This document shows positions 14,901 through 29,900 of a DNA stretch of 64,000 nucleotides, piece by piece. Position 1 is the stretch's first letter, and every line of letters begins with the position of its first letter. Below the pieces are notes generated by a model. It worked only from the letters and a program-made list of their open reading frames with translations, did not search any database and was not told the origin of the DNA. The translations under genes and the position numbers were made by a program. This DNA comes from Obrimoposthia wandeli (lineage: Eukaryota): positions 124,001-188,000 of the forward strand of contig CDROCS010000091.1 of NCBI GenBank assembly GCA_977020255.1, written 5' to 3'.

Positions 14901-17900
14901 AGATGATTTATTGGAAGTTTTGTATAATATAGTTTTGGGTCAAGTAAAAGTTGGAAATCGGAAAAATATATTAAAGAAATATAGAAAAACTCTTCTAGAT
15001 ATTGCTAATGTAAAAAGTAAAAAAGGAAACGAATTATTATTCTTAAACATAATGGTGGTTTCATAGGGGTTGTTATTCCAGTTGTTGCTTCAATTATCAG
15101 TAGTATTATAGCTGCGACACGTTCATAAACAATTATTTATAAAATCAGTTAAAGATATAGGTGCTAACCCTTCTTTACCTAAATTTAAATTATCTTTCTA
15201 TTCAAATTGTTGTAATGGAGAAGATATGGTTCAATCCAAAAGATCCAATTGGCTACACCGGAGTTTCAAAATTACCAAAAAGAACAAAACAAAAATACAA
15301 GAAAACGCAGAAATGTCTGAGCAACTAGTTAGCCTACAGTCTGAACAAGCCGATGAGAAGAAGGTTTCCAACTAGAGCTTACAAAACCAGCGGTCCTAAT
15401 AATTTATGGCAAATGAATTTGATGGAGATGATCCCATATTCTTCCATTAATAAGGGATATCGATATATTTTAACATGTATTGATGTATTTAGCAGGTTTG
15501 CTCGTGCAATTCCAGTTAAAGCAAAGTCTTCAATAGCTATGCTTGAAGCCATTAAAGAAATATTAAAAGAGTACATTCCACAAAATGTGCAAACTGATTT
15601 AGGAAAATAATTTTATAATAAGCAAGTTCAATCTTTATTTAAACAAAATAATATAAATCACTACTCTGTGTTTTCACAGTAGAAAGCAGCAGTAGTAGAA
15701 AGATTTAATCGTACTTTAAGAGATCGAATAAAAAAGTATTTCACAAAAGAAGGAAATAAAAAATGGATCCAAGTTTTACCTAAAATAATACATGCCTATA
15801 ATCACTCGGAACATAGAGGTCGGAACAATATATAGAATATAATTCAGAAATGAGGTCTCAAGCAACACATAAATGTGACAAAGAATTTTATAATCTTAAA
15901 AATGTTAGTTTGTATGGAAAGACCGTTGAAAATGTTAATAAACAATCAAATCTTCGTATTTGCACTAGTGAAAACAAAATTAATCAGATATACCAGCAAA
16001 TCTATGTTTCGACGAACAATTGAAATTCATGATAATTTAATAGCTGTTTCATTAAGAAAAGACTTTATTTGTCTCGATCGACCAAACTATATAGGCCAAG
16101 CTGTACTAGACTTTAGCAAATTATGAATGTAAACTCTTCAGTATTAGGATTTACAAATATATCGTAATTTATTCAATTGTTCAATTAATATAGTTGCCGA
16201 AGATACTGATTCGTTCTTTTTAGAATGCAAATATGTTAATTTAAGAAATCAGTTGTTACCATAAATGATTGCAGATGGAGCATTAGATACGTCAAATTAT
16301 AATGTGAATGATCCATTGTATTCTTATAAATTTAATAGTAAAATAGGTTTATTTAAAGATGAATCAGAATAAAGAATGTATAAAGAATGGATTTTCTTAC
16401 TTTGTAAATGTTATTCACTTAAGTTTGAAGATGACTCTGAAAATATTAAAGCAAAATGAGTAAATCTTAAGGGATCAACGGTTGTACACCAAACATATTT
16501 GGACGTGTATGAAAACGGTAATGCATATACTATACCATAAAAGAAGTTTGGAACAATAAATCATCAATTATACACAATCATAATACAAAAGACTGATCTC
16601 AGCTCATCAGACGACAAACGCTATTGGATCGAGAAAAATAGAAGCCGCGCTTATGGACATTATGAAATTACATAATACATGTGTTTAATTTTGTATTATT
16701 CTCTGACTTCTTTCTTATTTTATATTTTATTTTTCTCCATTGATTATGTAAATTGTATATAAATATATTTATTAATGATATTATTTAATTTTCATTTTTT
16801 ATAGATAATATAAGTTATTTAAAGAAACTTTATCATAATCTTTTAGATGCGCAAGCCTGGGAAAATTTGACCTACATTTTCACATAGCGTAGTTGATTGA
16901 TTACTACAAGTGTGTTGGACAACTATAGATGGTGGTAAGCCTACCTTCAAACCTTCAGTCATAACTAAACCAGACCCTTTCATATATGGTCGACCATAAC
17001 CCCTTGGGTAAGTTGGCCAACCAAAGACGGTCACGACCATACCTTCAAATCTTCATAACCTTTCTGAGCCAGACCCTTATGGTGTGCCATCCTTTAACAT
17101 TGTGTGCACACACAGGGGGTCAAATGTTCTAGACTCCATCCTTCTACCTACTGACCTCGTTGCAACAGAATACGGCATCAGCTAATACAGAGATGCATAT
17201 CCCACAGCAAATACAAATGAGGTATTTAAGTCAATACATCGACATTTTACGTGCACATTATTGCAGGTCAGTAACAATACGGAATCGTGACGGAATTGCA
17301 GCTTGCAGCAACAAAGAACTGGAATCGTGATCAAATCCGACAAACTCGTAAGAATGCCACACAGGGACCGAGACTTGATTAAATGAAAGTAAATTGGCAA
17401 GTATCAATAGTGCAAACCTCGATCAATCAAGGTTTGTTAACGAGTACATCAACATGAAACAGAGGAGGACGGTTAAGGTGGCAAGCGAACATGCAACAAG
17501 CAGTAATCAGTCAATCGGTTAGAAGCCTAACTGAATTTGTCGAACAACTTGATTAACAGTAAATTAAAAGTAAAAGAACTGTAGAGTGTCGTAGAAACGA
17601 ACTAAATGTAACTCTTATAACTATTTTCGAATAGTGTTGTGAAAAACAAAAACTTTTAACTCAAATGCATAAGGACATTTTGTTTTTATACTAACTGCAA
17701 ATTGTAGACTAAGAATTGAGAGCGATAAACAATAGTACACGGCTAAGATTCAACCAGTGAGATACTAACCTAAGCCCTGACACATTCAGAGGGTTATCGT
17801 TGACATTGATTGAGTCCGGCTTGATTTTTGCCTATTCCTGATCTTTACTGTGCCAGACTATGTTTGAATTGAAATCAAATTCGGCCTAACCGGCTTATTT

Positions 17901-20900
17901 AAACAGCCCCATGCAACACAAAAATAGTTTTAGGGAATTTCCAGTTTTCTTGTGCTCATGCTTATACACTTATACACAGCACAAAAACCTTCAGAGACTT
18001 GGATAGGCCACATCCATCTATAAGCCCTATTGCTACAGAACTCACATTGGGGTCTTCGTACGAGGATCTATCTGAGTTTCAATAGAAAACATCAACAAAT
18101 TGATGGTGGTTTAAACCATCCTTTAGGTCAGTGTTGCTCAACCTTTTTCTACTGTAACCCACTAATTTCATTCAGAAAAGTCCGTAGACGTTCAAAAAAT
18201 ACTTAACATTTATTATAGCAATGAACGCCAAGACTAGTTGCTAGATAAACAATATTTTTAAAACATAAATCGTATTCAGTCACTTGTTTAATCTTTATGC
18301 TTATTGCACAAAATGAATAACCAATATTAATAAACTTGTTCAAACTCAATCGCATTTTCCCTCGCTCATTAACATCTGTTTTGTTTCGTTTATTTGTGAA
18401 CATTTCTGCCGATTCTACTAGCCAGGTTGTTGGGGAAATTATGCTTGCTTCAACTAATTCAAATAATTTTGTTAACTTTATTTCAATATATTCAGAAAAC
18501 TCTTAATAACTCTTAGGGATTTATATCAACATCTAGCTCAATTTTTGGTAAATCTACTAGACAAAAGGGTAAATTGTGGGGGTAATTTCCTGAAATCACT
18601 GCTCTACATCTTTGTGAATTCCATCCAAATATTTGATACATTCAATGATACAGCTTGAAGTAGAATAAATGTATTATACTTTTTTAAATAATGAGAGAGA
18701 TTGCTTTACGAACGTTTTTCTAATGCTTTGGCTTGTGGGCAGCTGATCAGGTTTGACTTTCTTCCTTGGAGCTGTAAATTTGATTCATTTACAAATTTGA
18801 AATGATCGCTCAGATAAAATATTTTGGATTTAATTTCATCGCAGAGATTATTCCATATTTTCTGTTCTTCGATGAATGTTTTTTAGAGTTAGGTTCCGAC
18901 TTGAACTCCAAGAAGTCTGTCACAGCTTACCACAAACTCTCGCATGTATTAAGACGGGCTGCTCTAATTTATGTATGTTTACATGCTAAATGTCATCACT
19001 ATTGATACGAAACCCTTCATCAGTCCTCTCATCAAAGCGGAACCATCTGTACTGATTTGATTAAAATTAATAAATATAATGTATTTTCAAAAAAATCTTT
19101 CCTTCTAAAAAATATACTCTTCGAGTTTAACATTTCTTCTCTGATATCAGTTTGATAAATATATCTTGCATATGAAAACTATAGGACCATCAACTTGGAT
19201 GGGAAACTTTAATAAGTTTGTTTAATTGAAACCGTCATTCTTGAAATATGAACATTATTTAGGATTAATACAATATCTTTTCTCAGAAGTTCTTCAGCAC
19301 AGGTGAACATAGCAGGGTTAATCGACTTCTCTCCATATCCTAGAGGTGCTCCGGCTTTGGCTGTGATTTAAGATACTGAATAACTGGGCTTTGATTCACT
19401 TTCTTGAACAATAAATATAATTTCCTTTCAGAACATTTTCTATGTTAACCTTCATCAGCTCTTTGGGTCACTTTAGCCCGAAAGTGAACTAATTTTGCCA
19501 TTAACTTATATTATTCTTGTGATAACAATATGTCGTTCCGTGACTTTTATTATTCGGTAAATTTAAACAGTTTGTGATAATATTTTTGTCCAGTTTTTGT
19601 TTTTAGGACCCTCGGGTCAACTTAGCCTATATAAAATTTGAAAAGCCACGATTCAAAATTCTTGACACTGCTGATAATATGGTAGCAGCATAAAGTTGCA
19701 ATAGAATGACCAGACGAAGGCCTCTTAGATGGTAGATATATCACGCTATAATCCATATCGTGAGAGGAAACTAAATAAAACTCGTCGAAGACAAATCTTG
19801 GAGTCACTAGGGACTGAATTAATAGATGAACAACAGAACGCCAAACATATATGCCACGTACAACACCGTCTGTTGAATCTGATGAAAGGCCACAAACAAG
19901 AAAAAAGAGAAGTCGATTATAAATTAAAATTTTTTCCCCAATTTATATAATGAACTTGTTGTGATTTTCATTATATTTTTATTTTTCCAAACAGCTATTT
20001 TATTTACTTATTACATATATGTTATTAACACAATAAATATTATCGGCACGTGTTACGTTTGCGAGGAACCGAGGAAGGTTAAGCTGTAGATAAATACGGG
20101 TGTTTTGTTATCATTGAATCACCAATTTTACCCCTTCCCTCCAGTCGTTAGACATAAAAGACCACATTCGACACAATCGTGGTCAAAAATGAATTCAAAT
20201 AAAACATGATCATTCTTCTCCGTTTTGCAACAAAATCACTTCCCATTTCCCTAAAATACACAAATAAAAATATACAATATAAAAATTAAATTTAAACAAA
20301 TTGAAAAGAAGCAAAAATTATTTTCTATTTTTCAAAGTTTTACATTTTTGGAATTAAATTCAAGAAAAATACTTTAAGACCTTTTTTGTATAATAAAATT
20401 GTAATAAAACTTTTTAAGTTGGGAATAAAATATAAAATTTTGCAAATATTCTTTCTTTACATAAATATGACTGTTAACAATCGAAAAGCTCTGTAGACTC
20501 CAACTGGTTCGCATGTTTCCCACTAGGACTCGCTGATTTAGTTATTAGTTCTATTGGGTTTTGATATTTTACACAGAAGGTTTAGGTCTGAGGATCAGTT
20601 TGAATTTTCTATTTTTAGTATGGTTTTAGTTTTTATTTTCCTTATAAGTTTATGGATGAGGCTAAATTTGAATTATAAATATCCCATGAACCGCTGTCAA
20701 TATTCACACTAAGTAAGCTCACTTCTTGTAGAGCGTGATGGCCATCTGGAGTCTTGAATCCCGGGGGTTGCTGGAGAGAGAGAAAGAAGCTGGCACAAGG
20801 AATGTGAGTCTGCGCAGATCCAAGGAGTTGAGTGTGTCGTGCTCTACAATGTAGCCCAGATTGAAATATGCCTGCATCACAATGATCGAGAACCTGAGAG

Positions 20901-23900
20901 CTGGACATCAATGAGAACTAAAGCAGTCATTTCTGAAACAATGACCACGCACCGATGGACGGTTGACGATTTACAAACTGGCTCCACAGAAGAAGCTTTG
21001 AGCAAACAAATTAACAATGTTGAATAAAGCTGTACAATCCATAAATTCACTTATTTGGTGGTGAATTTAGGGAGATACAATGAAGTGTAAATAGTAAAAT
21101 TACAAGATTTACTTTCTGTCAATGTACTAAATGGCAAATAGGAAATATTTACCTGAGGTTCAAGTTTCACAGCAGCCCGGATGTACAGCTCCACTGCGCA
21201 GGATATATTACGATCTTCACCAAGCTGGCTGCCATACCAGCTACGATCAGCCATCTTAATGAGACCTGGACATAAGAGTAGTCGAGTAATATAAAAGATA
21301 AGATAAGAAAATATAGACTGCATCAAACTACACCACGCTGCACCACACTACATCAATTTGCACTACGCTGCACCACACTACACCACGCTGCACTACACTA
21401 CATCTATCTGCATCAAACTACACCACGCTGCACCACACTACATCAAACTACACCACGCTACACCAAACTACATCAAACTACACCACGCTGCACCACACTA
21501 CATCAATATGCACCACACTGCACCACGCTGCACCACACTACATCAAACTACACCACGCTGCACCACACTACATCAATCTGCACCACACTGCACCACGCTG
21601 CACCACACTACATCAATCTACATCAAACTGCACCACACTACATCAATCTGCATTAATCTGCACCACACTGCACCACACTGCACCACACTACATCAATCTA
21701 CATCAAACGGCACCACACTACATCAATCTGCATTAATCTGCACCACACTGCACCACACTGCACCACACTACATCAATCTACATCAAACGGCACCACACTA
21801 CATCAATCTGCATTAATCTGCACCACACTGCACCACACTGCACCACACTACATCAATCTACATCAAACTGCACCACGCTGCACCACACTACATCAATCTG
21901 CATCAATCTGCACCACACTACATCAATCTGCATTAATCTGCACCACACTGCACCACACTACATCAATCTACATCAAACTGCACCACACTACATCACACTA
22001 CATCAATCTACATCAAACGGCACCACACTACATCAATCTGCATCAATCTGCATCACTGCACCTCACTTCAATAAAAATTAGAATTAAACTCACTGTATGC
22101 ATGAATAAATGAATCCTCTCGAAGTTGTGTGGAAGCGTTGTAGTGGTACCACTGGCATTCACGTCCTATGAACCGTTTTGCTATTTCCTTAAATAAACAA
22201 TAAAAATATTGTATCCTCAAAATATTTATTTAGCCTTCTCACTACTGTAATGCGCATGTTGCTTGGGTTGTTTAATGCATACTTGCAAGCGAAGACAGTG
22301 AAAGTCATCATTCAAATAAATAAAATAGTGCTGACGAACTTCCCTAAGATTTTTGAATAATCCCTTGAATACTTTCTGTCGATATATGTACAAATAACTT
22401 GAGGGCGGCGACAGTGCTGCACACGAGCCAACAATTGACACTGCATTATATTGCTTAAATGGCACCATAGAAAATCGAACCAAGTACATTCATACCCGGC
22501 GGTGGTCAGTGTCCCACTTACGTAATCCCAAGACAGAAAATTGGGACAATCTGATTGTGTAAAAGATATTGAGCATGTTATGACCTACAATATGATTCAA
22601 TAATTATTAATGCATGCATGGTTGCTGCCTGATCGAAAAAACATCCTGGTCATTATCATGAGGCTCAAGCTCATCATAGTGCAACTTTGCATGATGACTG
22701 TTCAATTCAAATGTTAATTCATACGAACCAATCGGTATCACCAATGACAGCTCGCAGGAATTACGGTTTATAAATAAGCTTCAATTTCAACAACCACAAT
22801 AAGCTCCCGAGTAGCATGATTAAACTGCCTAAAACTGCCTAAAACTGCCTAAAACTGCCGGGTTCCTATCGCCAGAAAAGTGTAATTTAAAGATTCCTTA
22901 TCACAGACAGTGTCAAAGTGGGAACAAGAACCTTCACCAGACAATGGACTATTGTAATCGAACATGGCACTGCAGTCGGACTGAAATGTGCTCAATTGAT
23001 AGACAAATTCGCAAATAAAAAATCACGGTAAAACTCTATGACGGTGATGGACTTTTAATATTATAAATAATTTCTCAATATTTTTGTTCAATTTTGTATG
23101 ATCCTGTTTGGATGAACGGGTTCTGGAGAGGTAACGCTGCTACGTATGATGGTCATAGGTAAAAAGAACAATCAATTAGTTCAAAAAACCGCAAAAGATC
23201 TTTGTAGCGCTTTTCCCATTCCAGTAAACTGTCAGTGTCACAATGTCAATTTATTCAACAAACACTTCAGAATATTCGACTAACTAAACAATCATCAATT
23301 ATGAAAATAATTTTATTTTCCAATCGTCCTGTAAACTCTCTCCTTGCACTAACCCTAACTTTCCTTTCTCACCTACCCATAGTGGAGGATTGGGATTTAC
23401 TCCATTGGAGGTTTAATTCCTTCTCCAAACCATAGCCCACACTTTCGTGGTCCTCAACAGCAAAGACCCCATGACATAGACATGTCACCAAACAAAGGTT
23501 CACTGACCTCAATTCCCGTCACCTTGATGCCCATGCCTCACTTACTGAATGAATCAATGGCCCAGCACAATGCACCAGTACCCACGCTAGATGCTGCTGT
23601 AATTGGTTCCGCAATGCACTTCGTTTTCTCCACTCCACCTTTCCGATTAGGCTGTCATTGGAATTTTCATGAAGGTCGTCTTTTCCTCAACATGGATGTC
23701 GATAGATTCCCAAATGGTCCTGCCATCCTCGCCACTTATCAGTGTCGTCAACTCCCCAAAATTCACCGTTCCATATGGCTCCGCAGCATCACCCCAAACA
23801 TATTCTTCTGAGTTGAACCACACAAACCATCCAGTCTGTTAGTCTCCCCTTTATGGCCACTTTCAAACAGTCCAACTGCTCCCTTGGTCGCAACCTCATT

Positions 23901-26900
23901 GCACCTAAAACTTTCAACTTCACTCTCCGTGCACGCCTCAATCTCCTTCATCTTAATGCCCACCATAGCATTTATGGTGATGGTAAATCGAACCAGTGTC
24001 TCCTTGGTTGTCAAGTCCCTGAAACCATTGGCCATGTCCTTGAATGCGGCCCCATTTTCTCTTCTGTAAGCACTGCCCACCACAACAATGTCCTTCAGAT
24101 AGTATGAAGGTTATATATGAAGGAGAAACCTACGAAATTATTTTACTTTGCCCTGATCTTGTTGGCATCAATCACACCCGCAAATGCATAACTATTATTG
24201 TATTCAAGATAATCATTGAATACCTCAAAAACGTTGATCATATACGCACTGAAACCCCTAAAATACCTTAATTTTTACTCAATACCTATCTCTCGTCACT
24301 CACACAATATCAAACGATGATACAATTTTTTTAAAACTTGCTTTCACAGATCGGGTTAGCTTATCCCAAATGCGGGCCATCGATCTGAGTCTCGGGTGTT
24401 AAATCTTTGCCGGCCGAGTGGCGTCTCTTCTTCTCCGGGCCTGCACCAAGTTCTCTCTCCGGACCGACACACTCCAATACCTCCTCAGTCATGTATCCTC
24501 GTTCCTGCCCAGCAGCCCTTCTTATGTTGCCATATCCATGTAACTGGTCTTTTCATCTTCTCTATCCCTGGGCCTGCGCCCTCCAATTTCTTCTCACACT
24601 ATCTCTTCCTATCTGGCTTCGGATCTCCTGATATCAATCTTCTGCTCAAGATTGTCCAACATTTTGTCACCCGTAAAGGTGACACCGGCTCCCTTGAATC
24701 TTGATTTCGAATATAGGAATTTCTTGTCTGTTCTTGCAACTCACGGGGCCCTCTGTTGGGTGTTGTGTGCTCGACTATCACGCACGCGGAACTTATCGGG
24801 TACTCGTCCTACATAAAATGGTCCAGTGGGAGATCGCAGACGATGTGGTCGGATATGCACGGTGTACTCGAATACCAATACAGAGCAAAAATCTAGATCC
24901 GAATGAGTATCAATTGAGAGTCCGAAAACAAGATTCCCCACATCACCATTGCAGACACAAATGTAAACTCAAATCGGTAGACTTCCCAGAAATCAGAAAT
25001 TGGAACCAATAACAATACAAAGATTTCGTCGGAGAATTAGAGCATACTACAAACAACAGAGTGAACCTTTATGAAATTTGCATATGAGCTCCAGGATGCC
25101 GGGACGACGCAAACGATCAACTATCAATCACTTGTGGAAGAATTGCGAAAGAAGAATCTAACAAAATCTACATGGACCGTCTGTTATAAAAGTTGGGGCT
25201 GACACTCCTAAGTTTCCACAAGCACAAGGAGCAGAATATGCTGCTTCTTCTGGTTCAGGAGATAACAGGGGTTGCTGAAGGCCTTGTTAATCAATTGTGT
25301 TTCACATTAATATATTTAGTGGTTGGGAAGAGAGATAATGAACTGAGATGTATCAGTGGTAGAATGCGGACTCGCGAGGGGAGAAAACTGGAGTGGTTGC
25401 TCCTTACTTGGTGCTCCTCACACAGAAGTGCTGTATTGAACTGTGCCAGCTCCAGTCCGGAGAAAGCTCCAAGTAAGTAGTAAAACAGACTGAGAGATCT
25501 GCAAGGACGAAGGATTTTCTTTTAGTCAATTTTCAAAATAAAATAATAGACAGTTTTCTGACATAATTTAACCATGTACCACAAAGATTTTAAATTTTGT
25601 TTTTGATGTCAAAATATTTTATTTAATTAAATATTTATGCATACCTGTTTGCATAAAATTATTAAACTTTTAACACATTTTTCAGATCGAATATTTTATA
25701 TATACATAATATTTTTTACCTAGAAAAATATTTAAAAAATCTTAATAAAAATGTAAAATTCACAATCTTTAATAGCCACTCCGGGAAAGATTAATTCAAT
25801 GTGTTCTACAAAGCAACTTTTGACTTCGTAACGAACTATATTGAGGTTTATTGCCATAATTTTGATGACTATCCCCAATTCCCCGGATATTTACCATCAT
25901 ATGAAAGTCCGGGAGAAAGCGCCATACAAACGAGATTTTGTTTCTATCCCATAGCGGATCTCGCTTTATCTGGTTTAGTTTGTCGGGCTGGAAAATAGTA
26001 AAATTATGTCAAGCTTGTTTCTTCCTTCTAAATCTAGTTCACAAAATTTATTTAATTTTATGTCCCACACCATTTTTCTGGGGGAAATATTGTTGCTTCT
26101 GAAATTAGCTGCTCAGTTTTGGGATCGATCTAGAAACAATTAACACCGTCTGGTTCACACAGTTCTTTTGTAAGCCTTTGAGAAGCATACTTTCAGAGAA
26201 TGTTTTTGTAAATTTGGGATCTGCTTCTTTTTCTCTCATATCGACGTTAAGCGTGCCTAGTTGACACATTCTTGATTTCGAATAGTCTCCAGATGCTCTC
26301 TTTCTCGCTAAATATTTAGGTTTCTTACCGCCATCAAAGGGTGACTTCAGGAAATTTCTGATCGTTTCTTTGAGTTATTCTTCTCTTATCAAACATTTAT
26401 TTTTATATTCAGCCATTAATTTATATTTCCCTCACAATTGGCTTTAAATATGTTTAAACAAATAAATTTATCTTAACGTATAACAGCTAGACTGAAATCA
26501 ATTTATTACAGTAAATTTTCACAAAATGTCGACAATGTTTAGAACAAATGCTCTAAAGTATGGAAGTAAATAAAATTATGCTCTAGTGTATTTGATGTTT
26601 TATAATTGTTTGAGTCGGATTTACTTATTTTGGATGTAATACTTTTTGGGTATTTTTACCCGCCTTTTTCTTTTACACACTTTTAATTGAATTTGCTATA
26701 AACCGTTAATGATACGATTTTATTTTCAATTGTAATTTGTTGTATCCAACGTTTGTATGGTTTTCCGAGAGAAATCAGTCTTCGTCAGTAACCATTTTGT
26801 GTCAACTTTAATTTATAGTATCTTTTTTTAAAAAGTTTATTCCTGTGCACGCAACAGCCAAATTTTATTTACACCAATAACAGCCGCAGCGGTCAATGAA

Positions 26901-29900
26901 GGTATGTGGGTTGTAAATGTTTACTATGAATGCCAAATAATCAAAAACAATATTTATGAATGAACTGAAACATCAAGTGTTTATAAACTGAACAAATCTG
27001 TATTTCCTAATTTGAAACTGAATCAAAAATTCTTATCAGGTAAACTGTTAATGCATATTTTATAAGAAAAGTAAAATTCTTTCAAAGATTAAGACACCGG
27101 GGAAAGAGGGTTGTGGCGAACAACAAATTCAAGTCAGACGAGTTAATAATTTGAAAGGCCTGAAGAAATTGTGCTCGAGGTAAGAATCAGTCTTGAAGCA
27201 GACGCATGTTGAGTAGAGAATTGTGATTTTCTGAAAAATGCCAACCCGATAAACAGTTATTTCCTCTGAATCAGTTTGTATAAACTTCATTGGGTTGTAC
27301 TTTCGATATGGTGTAGAGGACGTAAATGCGCTGCGTGGATTTTCTCTCTCGCTATTCTCCCTGTGTATGTCGAGCGAAATGAGCTTGTTACACTATGAAT
27401 CGGTGTGGTGAGCCTAATACCAAACTGACATATCAACGTTCATTTATAGAGCACGAGCTGGTAACCTAGATTAGACATTTTTTAAAATTTTTCCTTTGAA
27501 AATTTCTTTGGAAGATTTTTCAAATTTTCGGGAGAGAAACGCATGTAAACTCCCGTTGAAGTTCAACAGTTAACCTTTTAAGTATTTTCAAAACTACAAA
27601 AATTGTTAACTTATTTAGAAATTAGTATAAAATTACAAATTTTCATTCACTGCTTTGGTTTTGAAAAATAGGCTAATTGAAAGGTATATTCTTTATTTTT
27701 ATAAATATCGTAAGTTGACGACTAAATTTTAATATTTTGGGTTACTGGAATTTTGAATTTGATGATTGTTTGAATGACGTTCTTAAAGTTCGAGAATCGA
27801 ACCGTTTCTTTGTAAGTTTGTATTTTAAATTTATCATTTTTGAGAGTTTTATAAAATTTGATTGTAAACTTTTTAAAATGATTTAAAACATTTCAAAATG
27901 TTTAAATATTTCTTGAGAATTAAGAATCATTGAAGAGAGCAGATAATTTTTTTTAAATCAAGATACTTTTGGAATTGATCAAACATAAATCCGACAGACC
28001 GCGGTGTCAAGCCATTCACATACAACCAGTACCTAGGCATCTCTTATATCTGCTCTCTCGATACTGCACTAGCCTGGGGGTGGTTTCCCGAGTACAATAA
28101 CCGCATAAACTTGATCAGAAGACTGTAGAATCGGTCGAAACGGGAAAGTATAGGATGTTGTTTATCAAGTACTGAGAATTATGATTTGATACATAGGAGC
28201 GTTGTGAGAGGGACTGAACAATTAGAAAGGCGCTAAAGAGTAATTAAAATCATTAAAAAATTCCACACGTGTAATGAAGCTATTTTTAGATAATTCACTC
28301 TTCTCTGTTTAAGTTGTGAAAAAGAAATGCAAAAATGGTGTTCCAGTTTGGAAGATAAGGAGAGTTATTGTAAGTTTGGTCATCCCATGGTCAAGATAAA
28401 GAATACTGGAGGAATTGTGTCAATTGATGGCTGCATCGCAGAAGAGGTTTAGATTAGCTGATATTATTCCCATACCTCAATTCGATCACTCCAATACAGA
28501 CCATAGAAATTTGCCGGTCATAATTTCCAGTGTCTGTCAAATGAAATTATTATCCCGTGTGACAAACTGAGGCTTCATCAGAGAACCAAACTTTTTTCCA
28601 TAAATCCTCATGTTGGAAACGTTCTAGCAAGTTAATTGATTTCAAGTTTCGAGCTTCTTTGTGACGTTCTGTCAGTTTGTGACATTGTATACGTTTATAA
28701 CATTTTAGAGAACATATTCGTAATTCTCTAAAGACTGATGTCTTTGATATTCCTAATTTTTTAGCAATTTGTCTTTGGCTGCTATGCCTATGACGAGGAC
28801 TGCTTACAGGGGTTACAGCCAGTGCTTTTATTTCCTGCTTCATTGGAGTAGTTATTATTTTTAAACTTCCTGATCCTTTCTTTCTTTTTTAGCCATCGCT
28901 GCGCCTTCCGTCTTCAACCGAACACATGCTGCATAAAACTGATTTTCAGTTATTTTACTAAAAAACTGGGGTAAAATGCTTTTACATTTTTCAAGTCCCC
29001 ACTTAGGATTTTCTTCTTTAAATAAAATAATTACTTGCCTTTGAAAATTAGAAATTTGTGGAGTCATAATTTAAATCTAATAAAATTTTAATATTTTATA
29101 ATATTTAAAACTTACATTTATTGAAAATAGATAAAAATAATTCTTTTAAACAAATCCTTTGGTTTTCTACGGACCACCCTGTAGATACCACTCAGCAGAG
29201 AGCAATTTCCGTTTCAAACGTCCAATTCTGTGCTCAAGTTCGGATATGTCCTCAAAATCATTCCTAGATTCTGTGTGGTAGCCTCTCTCACGTTACTGCC
29301 AGTTGTAGACTTGCATGTGTACTCGGGAATGTAACAATCTCATCTGCAATAGCCTCTCTCATGTTACTGCCAGTTGTAGACTTGCATGTGTACTCGGGAA
29401 TGTAACAATCTCATCTGCAATAGCCTCTCTCATGTTACTGCCAGTTGTAGACTTGCATGTGTACTGGGGAATGTAACAATCCCATCTGCAATACCCTCCC
29501 TCATGTTACTCCCGGTTGTAGACTTGCAGGTGTACTCGGGAATGTAACAATCTCATCTGCAATAGCCTCTCTCATGTTACTGCCAGTTGTAGACTTGCAT
29601 GTGTACTCGGGAATGTAACAATCTCATCTGCAATAGCCTCTCTCATGTTACTGCCAGTTGTAGACTTGCAGGTGTACTCGGGAATGTAACAATCTCATCT
29701 GCAATAGCCTCTCTCATGTTACTGCCAGTTGTAGACTTGCAGGTGTACTCGGGAATGTAACAATCTCATCTGCAATAGCCTCTCTCATGTTACTGCCAGT
29801 TGTAGACTTGCATGTGTACTCGGGAATGTAACAATCTCATCTGCAATAGCCTCTCTCATGTTACTGCCAGTTGTAGACTTGCAGGTGTACTCGGGAATGT

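Larger units (their letters stand above)
13138..16680 (+). mobile_element. Polinton/Maverick copy B, decayed and internally deleted
   Basis: TBP-like, orphan ORF, ATPase, basic ORF, core protein and truncated integrase, joined to the pPolB C-terminus. Same gene order as copy A on the opposite strand. Confidence 0.88.

Noticed and set aside
16843-17400. GC-richer island with short ORFs, considered as an extra host exon
   Set aside because: No splice-compatible frame is needed or found; the flanking exons already join in frame.
20872-20900. Upstream alternative acceptor (ctctcag) for the 20723 exon
   Set aside because: It would break phase with the preceding exon; the gatgcag acceptor gives a continuous SEL1 repeat.
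21358-21816. 152-aa His/Thr-rich ORF
   Set aside because: Artefact of the decamer satellite inside a host intron.
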